This document shows, piece by piece, positions 18,829 to 27,919 of a stretch of 32,000 nucleotides of DNA. A program made the position numbers and the translations under genes. Source of the DNA: Raphidiopsis brookii D9 (lineage in GTDB: Bacteria; Cyanobacteriota; Cyanobacteriia; Cyanobacteriales; Nostocaceae); assembly GCA_000175855.1 (NCBI GenBank), contig ACYB01000029.1:30001-62000 (forward strand). The letters run 5' to 3'. Positions within the stretch are counted from its first letter, which is position 1; the number at the start of each line of letters is the position of its first letter. The notes beneath the pieces are model-generated. The model saw nothing but the letters and a program-made list of their open reading frames with translations, was not told the DNA's origin and ran no database searches.

Positions 18829-19669
18829 ATCATTTACTAATCTAATTACTAATATTTACGATTTGTATAATCTTTTCCAGTTTCCATTCATGCAACGGGC
18901 CATAATAGGTGCCCTATTAATGGGAGCATTAGGTGGATTATTGGGCAGTTTTGTCACCCTGCGTCAATTGTCATTTTTCAGTCATGCAGTGGGTCATGCA
19001 GCGCTGGTAGGAGTCGCATTAGGAGTATTACTAAACACTAATCCCCACTGGATGTTGTTACCATTTACCCTCGTTTTGGGGGTGATTGTTCTCTACTTAA
19101 TTGACCAAACGGATTTAGCTAGTGATAGTATTTTAACTGTAGTCCTATCAGGAGCATTGGCTATAGGTATAATCCTCACTAGCATGATTGAGGAATATCG
19201 TGGTAACTTAATGGCAGTACTGTTCGGGGATATTCTGGCCATTGACCAAACAGATTTGATCTTAATACTGATAATATTAATTACAAGTAGTATTTTTATA
19301 CTATCAACCATGCGATCGCAGATTTTGTTAACTTTAAATGAAGATGTAGCAAAGGTTCAAGGATCACCGGTTGAAATGTATCGTTATATTTTTGTGATTT
19401 TACTATCTTTAGCAGTTGCAGTAGCGATTAAAGCTGTTGGGGTTTTATTAGTGAATGCATTTTTAGTGATTCCTGCTACGACAGCCAAATTAGTCAGTGA
19501 TCATTTCAGGGGGTTTTTGATTTTATCAGTGGTAATAGGTTGTACAAGTAGCATTGTGGGCATGATAGTTTCTGGTTTATTTAATCAAGCATCCGGGCCA
19601 AGTGTAGTAATTGTACAGTTTCTGTTATTTGTGTTTACTTTTCTCTGGGTTAGATTGAGGAAGATATAA
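18791..19669 (+). CDS. znuB: Zinc ABC transporter permease
   Basis: 292 aa, polytopic membrane protein. FMQRAIIGALLMG...FFSHAVGHAAL...FGDILAI is the ABC-3 family pattern. Confidence 0.85.
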   Translation: MDPVSVVISTIIKSFTNLITNIYDLYNLFQFPFMQRAIIGALLMGALGGLLGSFVTLRQLSFFSHAVGHAALVGVALGVLLNTNPHWMLLPFTLVLGVIVLYLIDQTDLASDSILTVVLSGALAIGIILTSMIEEYRGNLMAVLFGDILAIDQTDLILILIILITSSIFILSTMRSQILLTLNEDVAKVQGSPVEMYRYIFVILLSLAVAVAIKAVGVLLVNAFLVIPATTAKLVSDHFRGFLILSVVIGCTSSIVGMIVSGLFNQASGPSVVIVQFLLFVFTFLWVRLRKI

Positions 19670-19684
19670 ATATTAATAATTTAG

Positions 19685-20419
19685 CTAGTCAAATATTAAC
19701 TCTAATTGTCTAACAGTGGTAACTTTATTTTGATTTCTATCTTTAATATATTCATTAATACAGTTTGCAACATATTCGGCAAGTTTTATAGGAACCGCGT
19801 TACCTATAATTTGCTCCAGATCTGTCTTACTACCATTTAAAATAAAATCCTTACCCACATTTTGAAAACCAAGCGATAATCCGCCACATCCTGAAAATAA
19901 ATCTACTGTTCTCATTATACTAGTTCTTACTTGTCGAGTAATTCTATTAGAACCTCCTGAAATTTCATCTCTTGCAGCATCAATAAAAAGCCGTGTGAAT
20001 GCCAAATTTGACCAAACAAAAACATCTAAACAATTATTGTTAAGTTTCGGGGATTTGCCATTAGTTTTCCATATGGTTTGCATTAACAGAGGTTCTTGTT
20101 TATCAATAAGTGAAGTGACAATTTTGTCAATTGCTAGGATCATTTCCTTTACGTATAAAAAGACCGTTTCACCGTTTTTCCAATCATTAATATTATCAAA
20201 ATTGTTACCAATGAACTCAGCTACCCCTTTTTGATTGTTCTTAAAATTTGCTGCTACACTGCAGGCTAAGTAAAGGATTGTATTTGGTCTAACAACTAAC
20301 TCACAACCGTAATATTCTTCTGTTAAGCTACAGGTTGAGTTGTCAGGTAAAGCAGTAAGTTTAACCTCAATTGGTCGCAAACATTGTCCACTGCTCCTTG
20401 ATTGAGTGACTAAATCCAC
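19685..20419 (-). pseudogene. Decayed restriction-modification locus: an unrecognised 168-aa N-terminal segment fused in frame to a DNA cytosine-5 methyltransferase that keeps only motif I and motif X
   Basis: The residue run M169-RTVDLFSGCGGLSLGFQNVG is motif I (FxGxG), encoded at 19865-19915. Only 20 residues later comes DFILNGSKTDLEQIIGNAVPIKLAEYV, which is motif X; GNAVP is encoded at 19790-19804. There is no PCQ (IV), ENV (VI) or TRD. The ORF opens with GTG immediately after an in-frame stop. The segment is markedly AT-rich. Confidence 0.65.
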
Positions 20420-20507
20420 TCTAGGTAGGGAACCTATGATAAATTGCTCCTAATATACAATTAATATCCAATGGTTACCAGCTTAAAAAAAAATTTTTAA
20501 AACCCCC

Positions 20508-20536
20508 TTGACAAATAATTATGACTCTGTTATGGT
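20508..20536 (+). promoter_or_regulatory. Candidate sigma70-type promoter for tRNA-Phe (TTGACA - 17 nt - TATGGT)
   Basis: The -35 TTGACA is at 20508-20513 and a -10-like TATGGT is at 20531-20536, about 29 nt upstream of the mature tRNA 5' end. Confidence 0.4.
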
Positions 20537-20564
20537 TATTTAATGTGAGAAGCAAAAACCCCTA

Positions 20565-20637
<73 letters not shown>

Positions 20638-20669
20638 TTTCCAAATCCCCCACCTCCCCGAGTTTCAAC

Positions 20670-21782
20670 CTAGTGGTGATGGTGATGATGAATGGACAAT
20701 TGAATATTTACTTCCTGTCCCACTTCCTTCATCAACTCGCTAACCTGGGTGTCAGCCCAACTTGCAACCATTTCTAAGAATTGTGGGTGGTCATTAACAC
20801 AGGGCATTTGTAAATAACCTACATCAGAATACTGCTTCTCTAAATCATGAATTATATGGTGTACATCTAACAAGGTTTCATGATTTTCGGTGGCAAAACC
20901 AATGGGCATAAATACCACCACTTTAGCACCCAATTGAATTAAATTTTTAGCAGCTTGAGTAGCGTTGGGTTGAGTCCATTCAATTAGGGGTGTGTCGTGG
21001 TTTAACCAACCCACAGAAATTAAGGGATAACGATGAATTAATTTCTCCCTAACTAACTCATAGAGAATTTGACTCTCGTCAATTCCTGATGTAAATCCTT
21101 TGGCTTTGTGTGGACAACCATGATTGAGCAGTACAATGCCAATTTGTGAGGGTAAATAATTAGTCGCCAAATCACTACTAACTTTTTCCTCTACTAGTCT
21201 TGCCATTAAACTTATATATTCTGGCTCATTGTAAAATGACGGAATATAACGCATTCCCTTGAGCCAATGTTGTTCTCCATCCGATAATTCTGCTAGAGCT
21301 TTATTAACTTGTTCAATCGCTATACCACTGGTAAAAATAGAGTCTACTACCAATAAAGGATAGATTAAAATTTTTTCAAAGCCTTGATTTTTAATCTCAG
21401 CTAAAACTTGTCCAGGCAAAAAGGGAGCGCAAAAGTTAAAAGCTTTGAAAACTTGAACCTTATTACCCCATTTATGTTGTAATTCGTGTTCAATCCCTGC
21501 TCGTTGCTTTTCAAAAATGGCGTTGTGAGGAGAAATAAAATCATGATGTGTATGTCCCCATTCATGACGGTCAAACAATGCCAAAAGTTTAGCCAGGGGA
21601 GGATAGATCCAAGTGGGGACGGGTGCAAATTTAGCTGTGAGCAGATTTAAAGCCTGTTCATTATAATTGGCAAAATCCTCATAACTCTCCACTTCACCAT
21701 AACCCATTAGTAATACCGCTATGGAGTCATAGTTTGGTAGATGCTCGTGAGTATGTTGTAGTTTTTCTGGTGTTACAACCAC
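20670..21782 (-). CDS. Ferrochelatase-family (class II chelatase) paralogue with His-rich N-terminal segments and a natural C-terminal His6
   Basis: 370 aa with a GTG start and GAGGT SD. VLLMGYGEV..., IVLLNHGCPH and FMPIGFATENHETL align with the ferrochelatase motifs LLLNLGGP, FSAHGVP and PISFVSEHIETL. It has no CAB domain. His clusters are QHTHEH, HEWGHTHHD and the terminal HHHHHH (20673-20690). Confidence 0.7.
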   Translation of the reverse strand: MVVTPEKLQHTHEHLPNYDSIAVLLMGYGEVESYEDFANYNEQALNLLTAKFAPVPTWIYPPLAKLLALFDRHEWGHTHHDFISPHNAIFEKQRAGIEHELQHKWGNKVQVFKAFNFCAPFLPGQVLAEIKNQGFEKILIYPLLVVDSIFTSGIAIEQVNKALAELSDGEQHWLKGMRYIPSFYNEPEYISLMARLVEEKVSSDLATNYLPSQIGIVLLNHGCPHKAKGFTSGIDESQILYELVREKLIHRYPLISVGWLNHDTPLIEWTQPNATQAAKNLIQLGAKVVVFMPIGFATENHETLLDVHHIIHDLEKQYSDVGYLQMPCVNDHPQFLEMVASWADTQVSELMKEVGQEVNIQLSIHHHHHH

Positions 21783-21890
21783 AATAATTACCTCAATATT
21801 TTAGTGGAACCATCTTTGAACCTTTGATGTCAATATTAAAAATCATCAAAGCCAAAGATCACAATCTTTACCTATATCCCCAACCATTAT

Positions 21891-21914
21891 TATCCTATCC
21901 TAGGGGATAGGATA
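21891..21914. promoter_or_regulatory. Inverted repeat TATCCTATCC-TAGG-GGATAGGATA in the divergent spacer between the chelatase paralogue and the hydrolase-like gene (candidate operator)
   Basis: The 10-bp perfect arms were read directly. A second inverted repeat, CTTTGATG-N14-CATCAAAG, lies at 21822-21851. Confidence 0.35.
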
Positions 21915-21971
21915 CTGTTGCACATAAAAATATACATACTGTCCTGAAGACCTGGACACAGGAATGAAATC

Positions 21972-22544
21972 ATGCAAATTATAATCTGTCCTGGAATTCA
22001 TCAGCGAGAATTGACTCAAAGATTCATCGAGGATTTATGCTCCGGAAAAAATAATCTCAACAATTTACAGATGGATAACATGTTAGTATTTCCCGAAGAG
22101 GGGATTTTAACTTTATCCACATTTCATATTTTACTGTTTCTAGGGGATCGCCTGGGGAATAGGTTAAAATCACCAGTGATATTCATTGGGTTTAGTGCGG
22201 GTGTGGTAGGAGCTATGGGTGCTGCTATCAAATGGCAAATGCAGGGTGGAAATGTAAAAGCGTTGATAGCTATAGATGGGTGGGGGGTTCCGGTAGGTGG
22301 TAATTTCCCCATTCATCGTCTGAGTCATGATTATTTTACCCATTGGAGTTCTGCTATTCTGGGTAGTAAGCAAGATAATTTCTATGCCCATCCACCAGTA
22401 GAACACCTATCAATGTGGGGATCACCCGGAAAAGTGCAAGGTTATTGGCAAAACCTATCCACAGGGTTTTCCGGGTGTCCAACCTACCTGAGTGAAAGGG
22501 AATTTTTACATTTGCTGCTAAAAAGTTATGATGGTAAGTTATGA
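21972..22544 (+). CDS. Hypothetical protein with an alpha/beta-hydrolase-like nucleophile elbow (GFSAG)
   Basis: 190 aa. VIFIGFSAGVVGAMGAA fits GxSxG after a beta-strand. Nothing else is recognisable. Confidence 0.5.
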   Translation: MQIIICPGIHQRELTQRFIEDLCSGKNNLNNLQMDNMLVFPEEGILTLSTFHILLFLGDRLGNRLKSPVIFIGFSAGVVGAMGAAIKWQMQGGNVKALIAIDGWGVPVGGNFPIHRLSHDYFTHWSSAILGSKQDNFYAHPPVEHLSMWGSPGKVQGYWQNLSTGFSGCPTYLSEREFLHLLLKSYDGKL

Positions 22545-22644
22545 GTAAACCGACCATGGAGGTTAAACCCTAGGTGCCCAAAGGAACTGGTTAATTATGA
22601 GCCAGTAGACTTGATTTTCGCCAATCACCAATCAAACAATTCTC

Positions 22645-23889
22645 ATGTTTCCCACGGAACCTACTGCAATCAATCATGGCTTTAGTGCCCTGGTCAAAAA
22701 CCGCAATTTTATGCTGCTGTGGATTGGTCAACTAATATCCCAGTTAGCCGATAAGGTATTATTAATACTAATGATTGATTTATTGGAGAAAAAATACTTA
22801 CCTCCCGACTTATCATCGGGGACTGGAAGGTTTTATCTGTATATGGCATTTACCCTACCGGCAATATTTTTTGGTTCAGTTGGTGGTGTAATTGTTGACA
22901 GGATGCCCAAGAAATTAATTATGATTGGTTCCGATGTCATTCGCGGTGTATTAACACTGAGTATAGCGTTCTTACCTAGATATCTGGGGATTCTGTTAGC
23001 ACTGAATTTTGGTATTTCCTCGGTTACTCAATTTTTTGCCCCAGCGGAACAAGCTACCATACCTCTTATGGTCAAAAAAGAGAACTTGATGGCAGCTAAT
23101 GCTCTATTTAGTAGTACTATGATGGGTGCGCTAATAGTGGGTTACGCCCTAGGCTCCACTATTTTAAATGAAGCGGAACATATTAGTATTGAGTTTGGTA
23201 AAGAACTACTGGTGGGGTTATTGTACTTGCTATCTGCTGCTATTATGCTACCCATCCAGTTTCGAGAACAGCGTCACACTTCTGTAGTCAACCCAGTAAC
23301 GGAATTTTTCCAGGGTTGGCAATATCTGAGGACAAACCGCTTGGTATGGAATGCTATGATTCAGATTGTAGCTCTATACTGCGTTTTTGCATCCTTACTG
23401 GAATTATCCATTAGACTAGCAAACAGACTAAAATTAGAACAAACAGATTTTAGCTTTTTCGTAGCTGCAGCTGGTCTAGGTATGGTTTTAGGCGCAGCAA
23501 TAATTGGGCATTTTAGTCAACAGCTAGATCATCAACCCTTACCCCTAATTGGGTTTATATTTATGGCATTGGCACTGGGAATGTTTATTTTCACCTATAA
23601 CCTTCCCTGGAGTTTATTTCTATGTGTTTTCCTGGGTCTGGGAGCATCCCTGGTTAATGTGCCCATGCAAACCCTAATTCAACAATATACTCCCTCATCC
23701 ATGCACGGAAAGGTATTTGGCTTTCAAAATCACGCCGTGAATATTGCTCTTTCCTTCCCCTTACTAATTACTACTAAACTGGTGAATGCTCTGGGTTTAT
23801 CTTTATTTCTGTTTGGCATGAGTCTTACTGTGGCTATAATTGGCCTGTGGACCTGGCAAAATAATCGTCAGGGACTCCAGAACAAATAA
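22645..23889 (+). CDS. MFS transporter (EntS/DHA3-like N-terminus)
   Basis: 414 aa with about 12 predicted hydrophobic helices. NRNFMLLWIGQLISQLADK and the GGVIVDRMPKK loop are typical of the MFS_3 family. Confidence 0.85.
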   Translation: MFPTEPTAINHGFSALVKNRNFMLLWIGQLISQLADKVLLILMIDLLEKKYLPPDLSSGTGRFYLYMAFTLPAIFFGSVGGVIVDRMPKKLIMIGSDVIRGVLTLSIAFLPRYLGILLALNFGISSVTQFFAPAEQATIPLMVKKENLMAANALFSSTMMGALIVGYALGSTILNEAEHISIEFGKELLVGLLYLLSAAIMLPIQFREQRHTSVVNPVTEFFQGWQYLRTNRLVWNAMIQIVALYCVFASLLELSIRLANRLKLEQTDFSFFVAAAGLGMVLGAAIIGHFSQQLDHQPLPLIGFIFMALALGMFIFTYNLPWSLFLCVFLGLGASLVNVPMQTLIQQYTPSSMHGKVFGFQNHAVNIALSFPLLITTKLVNALGLSLFLFGMSLTVAIIGLWTWQNNRQGLQNK

Positions 23890-23963
23890 AGTGTCGGTTT
23901 TTCAATTAATCAATTAAAATGGTATTCTAAATACAAAATCCAGGCTTAATTTTTAGTTATATT

Positions 23964-25862
23964 TTGAGGTTAATCGTGCGATCGCCTTCTCAAATCAATT
24001 CCTCACAGTCTGAAAAACGCAAGTCTGCTCCTACCTCCCACTCCTGGACCCAACCCATAAGAGCAACCGGTGGTTTTGCTCTGTTGGATAGTCTACTTCG
24101 TCATGGAGTGGAGTATATTTTTGGTTATCCCGGAGGAGCCATACTCCCTATTTATGATGACCTGTATAAAGTAGAAGAAACAGGTACTATTAAACATATT
24201 CTAGTTCGTCATGAACAAGGTGCTTCCCATGCTGCAGATGGTTATGCCCGGGCAACGGGCAAGGTAGGGGTATGTTTTGGTACTTCCGGACCAGGAGCTA
24301 CCAACTTGGTAACAGGTATTGCCACCGCCTATATGGACTCCATACCCATGATAATTGTCACCGGACAAGTACCCAGACCCGCCATTGGTACTGATGCTTT
24401 CCAAGAGACAGATATTTACGGTATTACCTTGCCCATAGTCAAACACTCTTACGTGGTGCGGGATCCCAAGGACATGGCCAGAATTGTGGCTGAAGCCTTT
24501 CACCTAGCTAGTACGGGTAGACCTGGACCGGTTCTCATAGACGTTCCCAAGGATGTAGCTCTGGAACAATTTGACTATACCCCGGTAGAACCAGGTTCAG
24601 TTAAATTACCGGGATATCGACCCACGGTTAAGGGCAATCCTAGACAAGTTAATGCCGCTATTCAACTAATCACAGAAAGTCGCAAACCACTCTTGTATGT
24701 CGGTGGAGGAGCGATCGCCTCTGGATCCCATAAAGAAATCAAAGAACTGGCGGAATTATTCAATATCCCAGTCACCACCACCCTGATGGGAATTGGTGCA
24801 TTTGACGAACATCATCCCCTTTCCTTGGGAATGTTAGGTATGCACGGTACTGCATACGCCAATTTTGCCGTAACAGACTGTGACCTACTAATTTGTGTAG
24901 GGGCAAGATTTGATGATAGAGTAACAGGAAAACTAGATGAATTTGCTTCCCATGCCAAAGTAATTCACATTGATATTGATCCAGCGGAAGTGGGCAAAAA
25001 CCGAGTTCCGGAAGTTCCCATAGTTGGGGATGTGAAAAACGTCCTAGAGGACCTATTAAGGCGATGTCATAACAATCATCAAAATCACCATAATCGCAAT
25101 CAGGAATGGCTAAACCTAATTGGTCGTTGGAAACAAGATTACCCTCTCATGGTTCCCCATTACCCTGATAGCATTTCCCCTCAAGAAGTAATAGTGGAAA
25201 TTGGCAAACAAGCTCCCAACGCCATTTACACCACTGATGTGGGACAACATCAAATGTGGGCAGCCCAATTCCTCAAAAACGGACCAAGACGGTGGATTTC
25301 TAGTGCGGGTTTAGGTACCATGGGTTTTGGTGTACCCGCAGCTATGGGAGCCAAAGTAGCCTTTCCTGAAGAGGAGGTCATTTGTATTAGTGGTGATGCC
25401 AGTTTCCAAATGTGTTTACAAGAACTGGGAACCCTTGCACAATATGGCATAAATGTCAAGACCGTAATTTTAAATAACGGTTGGCAAGGAATGGTAAGAC
25501 AATGGCAAGAGGCCTTCTATGGTGAGAGGTACTCCTGTTCTAATATGGAAGTAGGAATGCCTGATATTGAGCTTTTAGCCCAAGCTTATGGCATTAAGGG
25601 CATGGTGATTACTAAACAAGAAGAGTTATCACTAAAAATAGCAGAAATGTTAGAGCATAAGGGTCCAGTAGTGGTTAACGTCCACGTCACTAAAGACGAA
25701 AACTGCTATCCTATGGTAGCACCTGGTAAGAGCAATGCCCAGATGTTCGGGTTACCCAAACCAGCACCAACCACAGTAGTAGAATCAAATTATTGCAATC
25801 ATTGTGGAACCAAAAACCTTGCCAATCATAATTTTTGTTCCCAGTGTGGGTCTAAATTGTGA
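23964..25862 (+). CDS. ilvB: Acetolactate synthase (AHAS) large subunit with a C-terminal CxxC...CxxC zinc-ribbon tail
   Basis: 632 aa. The start is TTG at 23964 or GTG at 23976. ThDP-enzyme motifs are [26 protein letters not shown] and [16 protein letters not shown]...GDASFQM. The tail is [23 protein letters not shown]. Confidence 0.9.
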   Translation: MRLIVRSPSQINSSQSEKRKSAPTSHSWTQPIRATGGFALLDSLLRHGVEYIFGYPGGAILPIYDDLYKVEETGTIKHILVRHEQGASHAADGYARATGKVGVCFGTSGPGATNLVTGIATAYMDSIPMIIVTGQVPRPAIGTDAFQETDIYGITLPIVKHSYVVRDPKDMARIVAEAFHLASTGRPGPVLIDVPKDVALEQFDYTPVEPGSVKLPGYRPTVKGNPRQVNAAIQLITESRKPLLYVGGGAIASGSHKEIKELAELFNIPVTTTLMGIGAFDEHHPLSLGMLGMHGTAYANFAVTDCDLLICVGARFDDRVTGKLDEFASHAKVIHIDIDPAEVGKNRVPEVPIVGDVKNVLEDLLRRCHNNHQNHHNRNQEWLNLIGRWKQDYPLMVPHYPDSISPQEVIVEIGKQAPNAIYTTDVGQHQMWAAQFLKNGPRRWISSAGLGTMGFGVPAAMGAKVAFPEEEVICISGDASFQMCLQELGTLAQYGINVKTVILNNGWQGMVRQWQEAFYGERYSCSNMEVGMPDIELLAQAYGIKGMVITKQEELSLKIAEMLEHKGPVVVNVHVTKDENCYPMVAPGKSNAQMFGLPKPAPTTVVESNYCNHCGTKNLANHNFCSQCGSKL

Positions 25863-25869
25863 CCATTCA

Positions 25870-25892
25870 CGGGGGAGATTGAAGCTTCCCCG
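25870..25892. terminator. Hairpin CGGGGGAG-ATTGAAG-CTTCCCCG between convergent ilvB and ycf36
   Basis: An 8-bp stem (one G-U pair) with a 7-nt loop, read directly. It is followed by GAUUUGG on the + strand. Confidence 0.45.
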
Positions 25893-25902
25893 GATTTGGT
25901 AG

Positions 25903-26418
25903 CTAGAACAGGTTCCAGGCCAAAATGCCAGTGAAATATAAAATAGCCACCACGCCAAAGGTCATCTGTAAGCGTCCCAAAATGGGTTTAATTTCATAAG
26001 CCACAATTAAACGATCTCGATCAATAATTTCTCGTGGCTTATGCCATATTTGTCCATCATACCAGCCAGATTCCTCATATAAAACTGTGGTACTGTAAAG
26101 GCGATCTCTTATATAAAACCAACCTAGATACAACCTGATTAGTACCAGAACCACCATTAGACTAGCAATAGCAGTACCACAAAGGATAAAATGAAATATA
26201 TGTTTTTCTACAGGGAAACTAGAAGCTGACACAGGACCAGCTATCAACCAAGACCAACCCCAAATCCATAAAATTCTGGTCAGGTAACCGCGCCAACCTA
26301 GGGTAATCTCCCCAAAAAACCAGGAATTTTTTAATTCCTCATACTCGTGGAGCGGTTGCTGTTCAATGGGAACTGGACAATTATCAACCGAAGATCTTAT
26401 CATTTGGACCATCCTCAA
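25903..26418 (-). CDS. ycf36: Ycf36 / DUF1230 family membrane protein
   Basis: 171 aa. CPVPIEQQPLHEYEELKNSWFF followed by two TM helices and YEESGWYDGQIW is the Ycf36 signature. Confidence 0.8.
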   Translation of the reverse strand: MRMVQMIRSSVDNCPVPIEQQPLHEYEELKNSWFFGEITLGWRGYLTRILWIWGWSWLIAGPVSASSFPVEKHIFHFILCGTAIASLMVVLVLIRLYLGWFYIRDRLYSTTVLYEESGWYDGQIWHKPREIIDRDRLIVAYEIKPILGRLQMTFGVVAILYFTGILAWNLF

Positions 26419-26423
26419 GGTCT

Positions 26424-26861
26424 TTAGGGGTTTTCTAAAGGAATATGCTCTGCATGACTCCAGAACGCTTCCAAATTATAAAATTCTCGTTCCTTGGACA
26501 TCATAATGTGAACAATCACATCTCCATAGTCTTGTAATACCCAACTACCTTCCCCTTTTCCTTCTGTGCGCAAAGGGCGGCGTTGTAATTCCGTTTGTAC
26601 CTTTTCTTCGATAGCAGAGGAGATGGCCCTAACCTGTACCCTGGAATAACCAGTCATCACCAGAAAATAATCGGACAGGTAAGAGACATCTGTTACCTTG
26701 AGCAGTAAGATTTCGCCTGCTTTACGTTCTGATGCTGCTTGTGCTATGGTGAGAGCTAATTTCCCACTGCTATCCTCAGTTTCCACCATTGGGGTGTTCA
26801 CTGTCTTTTTGCTATGTGGAATTGATTTTAACGGTAAATTGCTTGGGAAATAATCAGTCAT
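26424..26861 (-). CDS. rsfS: Ribosome silencing factor RsfS (Iojap-like)
   Basis: 145 aa. The DYFLVMTGYSRVQVRAI...WVLQDYGDVIVHIM...REFYNLEAFW pattern is present. Confidence 0.85.
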   Translation of the reverse strand: MTDYFPSNLPLKSIPHSKKTVNTPMVETEDSSGKLALTIAQAASERKAGEILLLKVTDVSYLSDYFLVMTGYSRVQVRAISSAIEEKVQTELQRRPLRTEGKGEGSWVLQDYGDVIVHIMMSKEREFYNLEAFWSHAEHIPLENP

Positions 26862-27084
26862 TCAACCTCAACTGTTACACGCCATAAAATATATCATAAC
26901 AGAAAACCTGCTATATAAAACCTAAACAAAACTAGACTTTACTTTCTGCTTCAACGGGAGCGAGCGGTTATCCCTCAGTAGACTTGCACGCCTTAGCCAG
27001 ACGCGATAACATGATTGCTCATCCTTACGCAATAAGGAGTTTATCCTAAACCGGAACCCCCTATTTATCAGGGGACCAGCAATT

Positions 27085-27900
27085 CTATAACCAACCGCGC
27101 AAAGCATAGACTAGGTAACCAATATATTCTTTTAAAGCGTTGGTAAAATCATTTAAATTGTCAGCGCTGGGGAACAAATTTAATATGGTGGACTTAGGAG
27201 TAGCAATTAGTTCTTCCAGGTCACTCCGACTGACAATAAAATCCGTGGGAGCGGGAATTACTTCCACACCCTGACGTTGAAAAATTTTCAAAGACCGGGG
27301 GGTGTGCATGGCTGAAGTTACCAATAACACTTTTTTTATTCCCCGACTTTCCAGGATTTTCCTGACATTGACGGCGTTTTCGTAAGTATTCAAGGAATTT
27401 GGTTCCTCAATAATCACTTCCGGAGGAATACCTAGAGATATGAGAATAGCAGCCATATCCGCTGATTCTGGTGGTCCGCTACCACGCCAATCAATACGTC
27501 CACCACTTAAAATAATCAGAGGTGCTTTTTTTTGCCCATATAGTTGAGCAGCATAGATTACCCTGTCTCCGGACTCGTTTAAGTCTACTGTGGAACGGGG
27601 CCAAGCAGCTGGTTTGGTAGCACCACCTAGAACCACAATCGCTTCCGCTTCTGGTATTTTTCCAGGGGGGATGTTTTGCCATTCCAGAGACCCAACCAAA
27701 GCTTTAGATACCCACCCATTACCAGCTATCATTAGTATAGCTAAGGATGTGCCAATGCAAACCGCTGCAATTTTAGGACGTTTCCACAAGCTGACAAGGG
27801 CAATAACCAGACTCACACTAGCTAACCCTAAAGGATAAAAAAACAGTGGTAGTAGTTTAGAAAGATATAGAAACATAGTTGGTCTATTCTGGTTTGACAA
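27085..27900 (-). CDS. DUF218 (YdcF/ElyC-like) membrane-anchored protein
   Basis: 271 aa with N-terminal TM helices, then AIVVLGG...LILSGG...NTYENA...VLLVTSAMHTPRS. Confidence 0.8.
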   Translation of the reverse strand: MSNQNRPTMFLYLSKLLPLFFYPLGLASVSLVIALVSLWKRPKIAAVCIGTSLAILMIAGNGWVSKALVGSLEWQNIPPGKIPEAEAIVVLGGATKPAAWPRSTVDLNESGDRVIYAAQLYGQKKAPLIILSGGRIDWRGSGPPESADMAAILISLGIPPEVIIEEPNSLNTYENAVNVRKILESRGIKKVLLVTSAMHTPRSLKIFQRQGVEVIPAPTDFIVSRSDLEELIATPKSTILNLFPSADNLNDFTNALKEYIGYLVYALRGWL

Positions 27901-27919
27901 AGGTTGAGTAAAAAGTTAC

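Noticed and set aside
20673-20690. His6 (CAT CAT CAC CAT CAC CAC) at the end of the chelatase paralogue as a possible cloning or expression-tag artefact
   Set aside because: There is no vector-like sequence, linker or protease site around it. The flanks are ordinary genomic DNA (tRNA-Phe lies 33 nt away). The protein has further internal His clusters, so a natural His-rich tail is more likely.
26922-27107. 61-aa minus-strand ORF in the DUF218-rsfS spacer
   Set aside because: It overlaps the 3' end of the DUF218 gene out of frame and is Arg-rich and low-complexity. The region is better explained as non-coding (see the GC-rich island finding).
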